The notes beneath the pieces were generated by a model, which saw only the letters and a program-made list of their open reading frames with translations, had not been told where the DNA came from and searched no databases. Position numbers and translations under genes: made by a program. From Trichosphaerium sp. ATCC 40318 (Eukaryota; Protista; Tubulinea): 64,000 nucleotides of DNA. Location of the stretch: the NCBI GenBank assembly GCA_038496445.1, contig JALMLS010000065.1, positions 186,001 through 250,000 on the forward strand. Direction: 5' to 3'. Below are positions 36,002 through 48,747 of the stretch, piece by piece. How positions within the stretch are numbered: position 1 is the stretch's first letter; every line of letters starts with the position of its first letter.

Positions 36002-38709
36002 ATGGCGGAGAATACGGCATATCAGATAACTTTTATCATCGCTGATGTAGAAAAGACAGTAAACAGAGCCGAAAAGAAGATAAATAAATATGCTGGTACA
36101 AAGCCAAGACACGTAAGAGATGCCTTGAGTACATTGTATACAGCAAAAGCGAAAGTAAGCGCTTCTCTTGATTCCAGTCCTAAAGAAAAAAATGACCTTC
36201 AAAAACTGTTAGATAGAATAGAGAGTACGTGGTAATACCCATAAAACGTTATTTTGTGTATTTTTTTTTAGGGTAAAGACAAACAAAAAAGTTCTTATTT
36301 TAAATCTCTTTAGTGCTCATTGAAACGAACCTAAACGACCTGGTATGTAGTATATTTAGCGAAAAGTGTACTATCTAACTATAATTATAGACATCCGGAC
36401 CGCCTGAGCTTGATGCCAAACGTACACTTTAGCACCATTTAAAAAAAAAAAACATTAAAAAAGCGCTTTAGAAATCAAATTTTCGAGAAGTAAGCACGGT
36501 AAGGATTTTTTGGGACAGGGTAGTTTTGGATTGGTGTATAAGGGTACTCTTGCTGGGTCTAAAGTAGCGGTGAAGGTACCAATGATGCTGTTTGTCAGAA
36601 AACTCTTTTTTCAATTTTTTCTACCTTCACGCACGTGATTTTTACAAAAAGGTGCTGTACTGTGCGTTTTATTTATTCTTTTGTTATTGAGAAGTAGATA
36701 CCGAACAAGTTTGTTGAGAATATGGACGAGTTTCGTCGTGAAGTCCAAATAATGCGAAAATTGTTTCACCCAAATATTGTCATGGTAAGAAAGCCGTTCG
36801 TCGGGTTTTTTGGATTGTATGCTTATACATTCGTTTATTACTGATTTAGTTGATTGGCGCTTCTACTAATGCTGATACTGGAGAAGTTATTATTGTAAGT
36901 GAGCTTATGGATAAAGATCTAGAACAGTTTATGAGCAGTGGTCAGTACTTAAAGTTTGATCTTGGTCAAAGGATCAAATTAGCAAAGGACGTTGCGTTAG
37001 GTATGCCTTCGTCATATTTAAAAATTGCGTGTGCTCGAGGATAAATACTGAATATTTTGTAAAAGGACTCAATTGGTTGAACACTCAGTGCAAGATTGTT
37101 CATCGTGATATAAAGCTGGGTAATATTTTGATTGATGAGCACAACGTCGCCAAAATAGCAGACTTTGGTATGTGATAGTTCTCAGTTCGCTATTCCGTTA
37201 GAGACACGTGTTAACGTTTTGCGCACGTGTGTTTTAGGTTTCAGCCAAGTGAAGACGTCACTTGATGATATTGACGGTGAGGCGAATCCAAAAGGAAACA
37301 TAATGTACATGGTACAAGTGAAAGGTTTTTTTTGGAGAGTCGACGATACTAATCGAACGAAAAGGCACCAGAAGTTATGATGGGCAAGTCATACAACCAA
37401 TCTGCTGATGTTTATGGGTATTCCTTCCTTACAGTTTCGTATTAAAGACCTCGTTTGAGTAATCTTATAATTAGATACGGCTTAATCCTTTGGGAAATTA
37501 TCACTGGACAGTTCTGGGAACCTCCTCTGGAGTTTTCTCAAAAGGCTACTTACAAAAAGTTTATTTGTAAGCTTGAAGAAAGACCTCCAATACCTGAGAG
37601 AGTCAGTCCTATACTAAAAAACCTCATGATGAAATGCTGGTACGCAAGATTTTTATAAGTGGTTGAAATCTTATGCAAAACTTTTTTGACCTGTGATTTA
37701 TTTTTAGGTCACCTAAGCCCAGTGAGCGACCTCAGTTTAAAGAAGTAATCGCTCTTCTAAACGAGGCATATATTGACTTTAAGCTACCAAGACCCGAAGC
37801 TGCAAAATTCTGGAAAGATCACTTCTTTAACCAAAAAACGGTATTGGGAATGTAAAGAATCAACTAAACGCTAAATTTGCTTAGGCATCATTTGATGAAT
37901 CTGTTTCATGGCGATACTTAAAGAACCTCCTTCGCTCTTCGCTTTCTATAAGCGACTACTCAGGTACTTATTCTATTAACACGTGCGCCAAAAATATTAA
38001 CAAGAGTTGTTAAGGTCTTGAAGCTATAATGTGTTGGAACTGGAGCGAGCCTGAGCCTTCAAGCGAGAAAGCTACAACTGTATCGATTGAAATGTTTGGT
38101 AAAGTCCAAACAATCTTTGGAAGGTTCTTCTTAGGCGAATCTTGCCAAATTTTAACACAAGTACGTTACAACGAACCATACATAGTAAGATAAGCGTGGC
38201 TTGCTTTAACACAAAAAAAAGATGTCAAAGATGGTTAGAAACAAAGCGTTTCATGGCTTCATCAATAGAGAGAAAGCTCAATTCAGGTTATCTGGTAGAG
38301 AAGCTGGATACTACTTGATCCGTATCAGGTATAAAATACACGTGAGAAATCACGTGTAACTTAAAAATTGTACTGATTGATTTGGTTATAGTGACAGCGT
38401 AAAAGGATGTCCTTTGACGATAACATACTCGAACGGCACTAATGGCCAAGGAAACGCACGTGTCAGGCTATATGAGAGCAAGGAGGAGATGAACGTGTAT
38501 TATTACAAGGTCATCTCAGCAGGTAAACTCAGAGTTGTTGTAACGTTATAATAAGTAATTTAGGTGAACAAGAGAGTAGTGTCAAGCCTCATAGAACTCT
38601 TCAAGCCGCTATTGAAAACGCTTCTGTTGACTTAAAGAAAGCGTGTCCTAAATTCCCTGTTGCAGGTGTACATGACTACAACGTGACTCTTGACTCACCA
38701 ACAATATGA
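36002..38709 (+). CDS. TKL-type kinase with C-terminal SH2 domain (Dictyostelium Shk-like)
   Basis: LGQGSFG, VAVK, HRDIKLGN, ADFG, YMAPE, ADVYGYG, ERPPIP; FWKDHFF..VSW linker; SH2 FHGFINREKAQFRLSGREAGYYLIRIS. Confidence 0.88.
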
Positions 38710-38920
38710 AAGCAGAGACAAACGTTAGTGTAAACTGAAAATAAAACCTTTAAAGCAGCTTGGTAGCCAGAGAAATACTTGCAGATACCTTTGTAAGGAA
38801 TCCAGTTGTTTGCCACTAAGTTACTGATAGAGTAGTGAAAGAACTGCTTTTGGTAGCTAGGAGATCCTAGTTGACTATGTAAGTGCTCATTAAACGCCTG
38901 TAGTTCCACGTGGACAAACT

Positions 38921-40284
38921 ATGGACAACAAAACAAATAGAAGCGTAAACGTTCTTAAGCCAAGCGTAGGGGCGTACGGCACAAGCATTGACAAGGTATT
39001 TAATGTGCCAGAGCTGGTTCTAGCTGTGATGGAGCAAACGAACAGTTTTAAAGCGATTATAGCCTTCTCAAGCACCAACAAGCTCGCTCGTGACATAATA
39101 TGGTTTCCTTCGAATACAAAACAATTATTCAAAGCTCAATGGGACAATCCTTTGTTTTACGGTCCAATTTGCGAATGGCCAACGAAACTGGATGGTGCCA
39201 GCACCGTAGATAACTTCAGTGCCTCACAGTACCTGTGTTTTGCGCGTCACTTGGAGAAACAGTATCAGGTATGTAATTTGAAAATCACGTGTACTGACGT
39301 CCATACTTGAAGAGTCTTTAAAGTTGAAGAAAAGTTTTTTGATATAGATACAGGAGAAATGATACCTGAACCCAACCACTCTTTATCTTATCGAGAACCT
39401 ACAAGTCTCTTCAATCCCCAAGGGAAGCGCAATGAATTTACAACTGACATTATTGAATGTGGGGATACTTATGTTGCTTTCCACATGTCAACCAAAACAT
39501 ATACTTGGTTTTGTAAAAAAACTGAAAAGAAACTGTGGGAAGTACAACTCAAAGGGTTTATTTCATCATATCAGAGTCTAATACTGGTTTGTCTTGAGTC
39601 TCCATTCCGTCATGACAAGACTAAGAGGGATGTGTTTGCTCTAAATCTACAGGACGGTACATTTGTTATTCTTTTTTATCACGTGTTGGTTGACACAGTT
39701 TAGGCTCTATTTTATGGAAGAAAGACGTCCTAAAGTTTGTATCCCTACCTCTAGCTAACGAGTTATACTCAGTTGTAGTAACGGACAAGTTTAGTTTTTT
39801 AGGTTCAAAACTAAACAGTATTGTATTAGACATCAAGACTGGAAAAAAGGTTGGTGTACTGAAGCACCTAGTCACTAGAGCTGCTACTCTAGGTAACACC
39901 TTATTTATTTCCGATTTTGTGCATGTATATAAGTACACAGAGCTCAACTATACATTTAAACTTGTATGGAAGAAAAGATTGCGAAACGGACAATCAAAAC
40001 ATTACTTATTTTCAAATGAATATATTCTCGTAGTCACTCTAACATGTGGTCTTTACTTGGGCAGTAAAAAAGTTGCTAATCTTAAATTGATCAATGACGT
40101 AGGAAATTTTATCATAGATAGGGATTTGCCAGTAGCAACGTATGTCCGGTTTCTTAATCAAGTTTCTATTCAGATAAGAGGAAAACAAGGAATTATTGTT
40201 TTATCAGGAACCACTAATTATGTTCGTCATTGTGTTGGATGGGATGGCTCTTTAAAGTGGGGTTATGGAGATGAAAGCTGTTAA
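38921..40284 (+). CDS. Hypothetical protein, F-box-like N-terminus plus beta-propeller-like region
   Basis: FNVPELVLAVM..SSTNKL; repeats KKLWEV, VFALNLQDG..LWK, VLDIKTGK, DGSLKWGY (PQQ-like). Confidence 0.5.
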
Positions 40285-40484
40285 AATTGAGGCTAATAAA
40301 GTAATGTTATTACACTGAATATGTATGTTCTAAGATATCAACACTTACTCGTGTGTTGCGTTAGAGCCACCGAGACGTTAGTCTTCCTCCAAACCAGTCT
40401 TGCTTACTCATACAGTTGTTCATAAAAGTGTTCATCTAACGTAAAAAACTATAGTGATTTCAGACTTTTCAGATGACAAAATCT

Positions 40485-40810
40485 ATCGCAACGTAGATAC
40501 AATTTGGTTGTGCCCATTATGAGCTACATAGTTTTAATGTGGGCGACATGTATTGTATATGATGTTACCCGCATTAATCAAAGCTGTGCGTCCACCTTCT
40601 ATCAACAGCCTCAATATTGGTATTGGCATCGATTAGCATTGCTACAATTTTTCCATGTCCGTATCGTGCTAAATAATGTGACCTTTCATCCTATGTCATT
40701 ACCTGCACATATCAAACTTGTATCTCCATATCTATCAACAGCATCAATATTGCCATTGGATTCGATTAACTTTGGTATAATTTCAGCATGGCCATTTGTT
40801 GCTATGATTG
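40485..40810 (-). pseudogene. Ankyrin-repeat gene fragment with +1 frameshift
   Basis: ATNGHAEIIPKLIESNGNIDAVDRYGDTSLICA / ARYGHGKIVAMLIDANTNIEAVDR(+1)GGRTALINA / AHNGHNQIVSTLR*. Confidence 0.65.
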
Positions 40811-41169
40811 GTTAGCTATTTACGCACCAACCAATACAAATCTGCGAGCAATCACAAGTTCAATTACACCGACTTCGGATGATAGATAGGGTTGGTTCTT
40901 CAAGTGTTAGATATTAGGGTTTTTTGTCACTCTGGTTCACAGGATTGTAACGGTTCAATCAGTAAATCAAACGTTTATTAAATAAGTCAACGTAATTATT
41001 TACCAAGTGGATAAAAAACGATTCTACCCTTTCCACCACTACGTTCTATACTCCCGGTATGGTACAACAGTAGTTAATAGTTTAAAAAACACAAGTATGC
41101 ATAAAACATACATTTTATGGTTATTCTAGTAACTAACGTGCGTCAATAAGCTTACTAGCTGTCAATAAG

Positions 41170-44100
41170 ATGAATGAAATGAATCCTACTTCAAACAAGA
41201 AAAGTACGCCCAAACGACCATCCAAAACGTTAAAAAGCAACGTGCTTATACTAAAACCAACATATTGGCGATTTTAAAACGTTATTCCAAATCTGCAGGT
41301 GTCACTTTTTTTTTTTTTGACATTCTTTAATTATAGAGCTGTTACAGACATGGACGAGGCCACCTGTACGCGATTCATATTTTAAAAAAAAGTCTAAAGA
41401 GATTTTTTATTTTTGATGTTTAACGATTTTTTTTGAACAGACTCCTTGCTCTACACGCAAAACAGTGAATGATACAGAATTGTATCAAGTGACAGACATC
41501 AAACTGTTCACCAAAATGCTAAACTGTACACATTTTGGTCTCTCAATGCTTGTACGTCGTTTATTGTTGTTAAAACAGGTTTTTTTTTTGGCCTTCTCTT
41601 TGTTAGGTTAGTTGACTTGTTTTCAAGTGTACTGGCACTTCAGGATTTATGTGTATATCTGTACCAGAGGTTACCGTTCTGTATATAATTGATTTGTCTC
41701 ACCCAGACGTTAACGAGCTACAACAACCTTTTGGAAATCCCAAAGTGATGAAAATAATGTTTGAGCACGTGCTTGATTTTTTCGACCTACTTATCATCTG
41801 ATGTTTCTCTATTCAGCTTGGAAGACATAGTATTAAAACTTAGAGCAGAAACAAGCTTAAAACTTGTGAATGTATTTGATCTGAAGTTAGCCACACAGCA
41901 GAAACATGGTATGAACTTTCGTTTTTTGGTTTTTTTTTTTCACTCTTGTGGAAGGTATTGTGGACATGGTTTCTGCTTATGAAAACTTTCTTGATATTTC
42001 TATAAGCACTGAAGCTATTGGGTTGAGTATTGATAGGGAAATCAAACAATTAGAACCGATAACAAAGAGGAATATCCAAAAGATTTGCTATTATATCCTA
42101 CCACTTTATCACGTTGCCTGTAAGGGTTTAGAGGAAGGAACGTAATTTATGACATCACTGTATTATTTATTTCTCTTCTAATACACTTATTAGATATTAA
42201 TAAATTGTGGATGGAGTCACAAGACATTAATGAGGTATGGCGTTCTTTATGTTCATGAACATCTTAACATTTTTGATAGAAAATGGCTATTCCCTCTCTG
42301 TTACCTGTGCAAACTACTCCACAACCTATGCAAATGTGTCTTCCTGTAAGAATAGAAACGCAAGAGGTATAAGTCAAGTAAAAGCTACTCTTGTTAGTAA
42401 CGTTGCAATAGGACGAGAGCATGCCGCAACTTTTAAAAGCTACTACAAATAATAGACCTACCAACAAGTCTGTAAACAATAATTATATAACCAAGTTAAA
42501 CACACTTTGCCAACAAAACAAGTGGGTCCCGAAATACAGGTATATTTCAGTACTTTCTTTGATGTATTTTTCTTATTTTTTTCTGTAGTAATAGCACAGC
42601 TAATGACATGTTCGTTGTAACAGTATGTAGCCACAATTCACGATTCATATTACCTGTTGTTCATTTTTTGGTTAGGTAAACGTGCAAATGGGACAAAACT
42701 CGGAACCTGTAAAGTGTGATGCGGATGGGAAAACTAGGAAAGAAGCAAAAGAAAAAGCGGCAAAAGCAATGTATGAACTACTTTGTCAATCGTCATCACC
42801 AGCACGTGACCATAAACAGAGTCGGAAACGTAAAGGTAATCGTATAGATATAGATGTATATTGTACTTACATTGGAACTATAGCCACTGCAGAAGCGTCA
42901 CCCGACCTTGAATCTGGGTTTGCTATGTGTAGAACTTGTGATGCAAAATTGTTTCCCATTAAATACTTGACGATGAATGGCAACAATCTTAATTGGAATA
43001 CTGCTTTTAGTGATGAATTCAAACACCTAAAGAGTATTACTAAAATTCCACATCCAAAGCGCCAGAGTGAGCCTAACAAAATAACAAAGTTGAGGTGCGC
43101 TAAGTGTAATGGAGATGTTGGTATCATATGGAAGTTGGATGGTACGGTTTTTTTTGGAATGTTTTTTTGACAGGATGTCTTATCTTCTTTAATAGGTACT
43201 GTGATGACTACTTTTAAGCATAATACATTACGTAATAATAGTGCGTATGGATATACTTCTATCAAGCAGTGGTTATCTTGTAGTAAATCAACAAAAAAAC
43301 CTAAAACACAAATTGTTTAACTAAAATTGTCGTCTTTTTATCTTATGTTTTTTTTCTTCAGTGCTCGCTACCGTCCGCAACAAACGCTCTAAGACTACTC
43401 ACCAAACCACATCACCAAAATTAAAGCCACTGAGCACCACAAATGCAAATGAAGAAGAAAAACAAAGCAGGTTTCTTTTAGAGCTTCCTGAAACGCTTCA
43501 ACTGGCGGAAAAAGCATTCTCAAAACTTTCTTACAAAAACACAGTACAATTCATGCCAGCAAAAAAATTTTACTGCTATCTTGTGACTATAGATAGTCCA
43601 ATCCTTCAAAACGTACGCCCATGTTATTATTCCACCTTGAAATTAAAACAAAGAGTTGTAGATGCCAAAGTATGATTTTATTCCTTCCGATTTACAATGG
43701 GACTCATATGTTTTGTTGATGAAAGATAAGATGTACATTGCCCCTCTCAAGTTTGGTAAAGGAGATACAACAGCTTCTGTAATTCTGTTAGGACCAAAGG
43801 CACGTGTTAATTAGGTAGTCTCCTTCTTACAGAAGCTTATATTTTGGGTATAGTCGTTTTCTGCGCCTGAAATACAACAACTTCTGTCATATCACAATGT
43901 ATTATATTCTGGTTTTATGAGATACCCAATAGACAGTGAATACAATCGTACCACGTACAAAAAGAAAGTAAAGACATACATATTGATCATGTGATTAGGA
44001 AAATAAAAAACAGTGGTAGGCCTTCAGAAACAGCTATTGTAGCACTTGGGTTTAAGGTACTCTTTTTTGATTCATCTACTGTCTTACTTGTTACACCCCA

Positions 44101-46186
44101 AGGGTCAAGATTACAAAAATACCTTCGTCGATTTAAGGAAGATGAATAGAATATTTGGAGAAACCGCAGGAGAAAGTTTGCTTGATATAATCAATAACAA
44201 ATCATGTGCGCTATACTGTTTTTTGAGAGTCTTTTTTTTGACGGTTTTAGTGGATAATAAACGACTTTTGAGTAACAGAATTTGCTGTACAACATACAAT
44301 AGTGCATACTATTCAATTAATAGAGTCGATCATAGTATCAACCCTACATCCAAGACACATTTTGCGCCTAGTAAAGAACCTACAAAAAAACTTTGTCTAA
44401 CGTTTTCTTGATTTAGACAAAACATACGCAGGGTATATCAAAGAAATCTATAAACATAATGTCACGGATCTATCCCAACCTATGATTTTAACAGGTGGTA
44501 AAGAAAGTACGAGAAAGGATAAGTTAGTTGGATTTTGGTTAACTTTTTTTTGAAAAAGGCTGCCCCAAAAGTAGACATCCAAAGCTTATCCCAGAATTTT
44601 GCTTAGTATTACCTATAAGTGCTGATATAAAGATATTATCATTTACTATACTGAAGATACTTTTTGAAAACCTTAATACACTGTATTGTTTCTACAAAGA
44701 AGCAGAGGAATGGCAAGAAACAACCTTCCAACATTACAAAAACTTGAAACTTGACAATCAACAACTACTAAAAAAAGTACGTTACCTCCAACCTTTTATG
44801 ACATGTTAGAATGAATCAGACATAGTACAAAGCGTATTGACTCTGTATGTTAAGCTTTTATCAATGCTAGTCTTCTCAAAACTCAGTAATGTCAAAATCT
44901 TTCTTAGCTAATTTTTTTTGTTTGCTTAACTATTTTGTTTTTTAAGGTATTCACACTTCCTTCATATGCAAATGAAAATGAAGTTAACTTAATAAGAAAT
45001 ACATCAAGTAATCAAGCTTTGGAATGGCTTGGAGACGGTATTCTTAAATTTATAAGTTGTTTATACATTTATCAAAAATATCCAAATCAACAACCAGATG
45101 CTCTCACAAGTAGGACTACCAAATACTTGAGTAATAAGAGCCTCAAAAAGAAAGGCAAGAAGATATCTATATTCAATAGCAAACATATTTTAAGTAGTGC
45201 CACAGTGAGTTATTTGAAACAAGATCGTCAACTTTTTTTGTTTGCTTACAACTTTTTTTTTTAAAATAGAATGATGTCCCTTCAGGAGAGAATATGAAGG
45301 CTCCAGCAGATTGTATGGAAGCGTTCATAGGTGATAATATTTCTTAGTATTAAATTTTTATGTTAAAGCTAAATATAGGTGCTTTGTATCTCGAAAAAGG
45401 ACTTGAAGCTGCTGCAAAGTTTATATCTGTATTCATTTTTGAAGATGACAATTTTTCAACGGATGCTCTTTGTAAACCTCAAAGAATACATTCAAGGGAT
45501 ATTGAAGGCATAAAAGAATCCAAAGAAGTTATTGGACTACTTACAAGACTTGGAATAAAGACGCAGTATCCTCAACTATACCAGAAAGCTTTTATTCACA
45601 AAACTCATCCTTCATTTGACATTTGTCAATCTTATGAGAGAATGGAGTTTCTAGGTATGTTTATAACATGTGTCCCACTATTCAATCCAATTACAATAAC
45701 ATAGGTGATGCTGTACTACAGTTTTTAAGTTCAGTGTTTGTCTTCCATGAGCTCAAGGACAACATGTCTGATGCAAAAGGACTTTCTTCTGGGATCGCTC
45801 CTGAAGGAATTCTTACACTTAAACGCAAGGCTATTGTCCAAAATGATACACTCAAGGATGTGTGTATTAATCTTGGCATGGAAAAGTGCATAAAGAAAGC
45901 AGAAAACGTAACAAATGACAAGATTTACGGAGATGTGGTTGAAGGTAAACACTTTTTTTTTGTTGACCTTTTTGTGGGTTTTTTTATAACTGCTTTTTGA
46001 AGCTTTTATCTGTGCATTGTACTTTGATAAAGGACTTAAGTATGATAAACAAAACAATATGCATACTTTATCAACAGGGTTCCTTGTAAAGAATTTATAT
46101 CCACTAAAAGGTAAGCCCAACTTTGATATTTTTTGTGTTGTTCAGTTGGCTAATTATCTAAAGACAAGCGATGCATATTTTCTTAA
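41170..46186 (+). CDS. Dicer-like RNase III protein: pseudo-exonuclease, dsRBD, RIG-I-like CTD, platform/PAZ, RNase IIIa, RNase IIIb (start uncertain, 40880-41350)
   Basis: RNase IIIa NQALEWLGDGILK..ADCMEAFIGALY; IIIb YERMEFLGDAVLQ..YGDVVEAFICALY; PAZ TYAGYIKEIYKHNVTDLSQPMI..LIPEFC; dsRBD NYITKLNTLCQ..GKTRKEAKEKAAKAMY. Confidence 0.9.
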
Positions 46187-46673
46187 AACAATCTCACCAA
46201 TAAACACATGAGTAGCACATTTTTTATTTACGAAGATACTACAAATCCATAGGATGTAAAAGGTTCATACCCTTTTGAATAAACGAATAGATTTTTTATT
46301 TGACCAGATTTTTGGCGAAAATGCAGTTGAGGAAAGAATGTTGAGAGTATGGGGAAGTACATTGTCTAAGTGCAACAAGGGATGATGACAGAGATTGGTA
46401 TGAACAAAAACCAGCTCTTACTTGAAGGGCTACAAGGATCCAGTCTAAGCACCTTTGCTCCACTCAGAGGACTAAGTTGTAAAAAGTGCAGGAAACAAAA
46501 AAGTGCTGGTATCAGTTGCCTACGTGAATAAACACCATATAGAAAGGCTACATTGCCTTGCTTAAATAAGCTTCAAAACACAAACAAATACCCTCTTCCA
46601 TTGGTATGTTTCGAAGCCAATATTTTTATCAAGTAGAAAAGGATGGTTTCTTTTAGATTTTTGTTTTGAAAAA

Positions 46674-48636
46674 TTACATTTGTTTGTTTGCTTTTCGAGC
46701 CATGTTACGCTTCTTTTGTTCTATGGCAGTAAGTCTTTTATCTCTTCTCGTTTTTCTTCTTTCCAATAAGATCCATGCTGCAACTGAAACAAGGAAAATA
46801 ACAAGTAATGTGCGGATAGGCTGAAATGTCTAAAAAAAGAAATAAGGTTAAGCCAACTCTTTTTTGAATAAAGTCAATGTTTCTTTACTTACCTCCTTTT
46901 CTACGCCACATTCTGATTCCCAATCATCTGGTATACCTGGTTGTAATCCACTAGAGAGTAAATAAGATTTTTTAAGGGATCAGTACGTCCATACTTAGCT
47001 AGTTTGTCAAGCGGACACATTTCACAATCAGAATAGATTGGCATTGGCTTTTTCCCAAATGGGCCGTCTCCGTCGTAAACGACAGATACTGCTAATCCAT
47101 CAACAGTTTCGTATAATTCAAAAGCGATAAAACTCGAGTAATCAGGAACCTCTAATTCAAAAAGTCAGTAACAGAAAGACACAGTGAGTCGGATTCAGTG
47201 AACATTACGTACCAAACTGTGTAATATTCATGGCAGCAAATAAAGCCAATAAAGTTCCATCATGTCCTGACCATAAGCTGAATTTGGGTCCATCTGGTAT
47301 AGATGGTTGATTATGGCCGAATTGTTTGAGAACCTTGAATTGTTTCAGTTTTTTTATAATGAGCAAAAATAGTATTAATAAAGCCTGTCTATACCTCTTT
47401 CAACACTGGACCGCCTTAAATAAAACTTAGGTATATAATTTATAGTCATTATCAGTTACCTGCAAGGCGTCCCCAGAATGGTGTCAGAAATTTTCTGCGC
47501 AGCTACAAGTACTTGGGTTAGAAGCGCAGGACTAGTTTCTGAATGAATTTTTTTGTACTTACAACCCATTCTCTAATGCCCTTTATTTCTTCTCTCATTT
47601 CGTTGGTTATATCTTCTTCATCCCATGTTTCTTTACCGTGAATACCTTCACATTTCAGAAGTGAACCAAGACCTAAAATACAGTCAACAAAATTGAATCA
47701 CAAGCCTGATGAGTCATCATTTCCAAACAAAAGAAAAATGCTCACCTGACACGTCCTTGAGTGTAGGCTCCTCAATTCCAATTACAGGAGCAAGGTCTCT
47801 CAATAATCTTTCGTGCTTTTTAGTTTTTTCGTTCCATTCTGGGCTTGTCTTGTACTGCTTTTGAAGCGTTTTTAATCTGTGTATGTCAAATGAGTTTCAA
47901 ACACGAAAAAAATAAGAAAAAAATTGTAAGCTTACTTTGGACAGTTCTTGTAGCTACGAAGTAATCTATCTTGCTTTGCAGGTACAGAGTGTATTGGTAC
48001 AGGTCTTATACCTCCTGGTAGTCCATATTCAGTAAGACCAGGTTCTATTTTAGGTCCTGAACCTATTGATTGTTAGAAACAATCGAAGGAGGCCATGAGT
48101 GATTGTTATCGGCGAAAAAGCTCAACATCGATTTGATCTTTTGTAAAAAGTAATACCAGGTGGATACATGCCCATCATAAAACTCTAGATGATGTGAGTG
48201 TTGGTTTGACGTCATTTAGGGGGAGCTTACGTATGCACTTTCCAAAGTTCGTTCTGCGGCTGTAGATTGTACGTATACGTCATCAATATGATATTTAGGC
48301 GACAGTAAGCCTAGTTCATCAATGTATCGCTTGCGAAACGTTTTGCCAAGTTCGTAATGCTGACTCATCCCAAGTCCTGTTAATTGACCCATTCCACGCT
48401 CAGACCAATCACTTTTCATGTTTGGAAAGCTTTTTGTTGGCGTTCTAGTTCAACAATTAAATATAGTCGCTAAACGGTTAAAATATCATACCTGTCACCA
48501 TGTCGTGTGATTACAATAGCTTTTAAGAGATCATAGTCTTCAGCGCATACCTATCTTCGTTAGAACGCGTAATTTATTTACTTTTAGGTACCAGATATAT
48601 AACTACAGCCAATGCAGCAAGAAGTAGAGCTCTCAT
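46674..48636 (-). CDS. Histidine acid phosphatase (lysosomal/prostatic type) with C-terminal TM helix
   Basis: Signal MRALLLAALAVV; RHGDRTP, GQLTGLG, ERTLESA, SGHDGTL; TM TLLVIFLVSVAAWILL. Confidence 0.9.
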
Positions 48637-48747
48637 TGTTGACAGTACTTGACACTTTCGACAAAGTGGGAACGCTGACTTAACGTTATTTCAACTTCCG
48701 CAATAGCACTCTTCGTTGAGGTTCAAACGCTGTCAAATCACCGTAAA

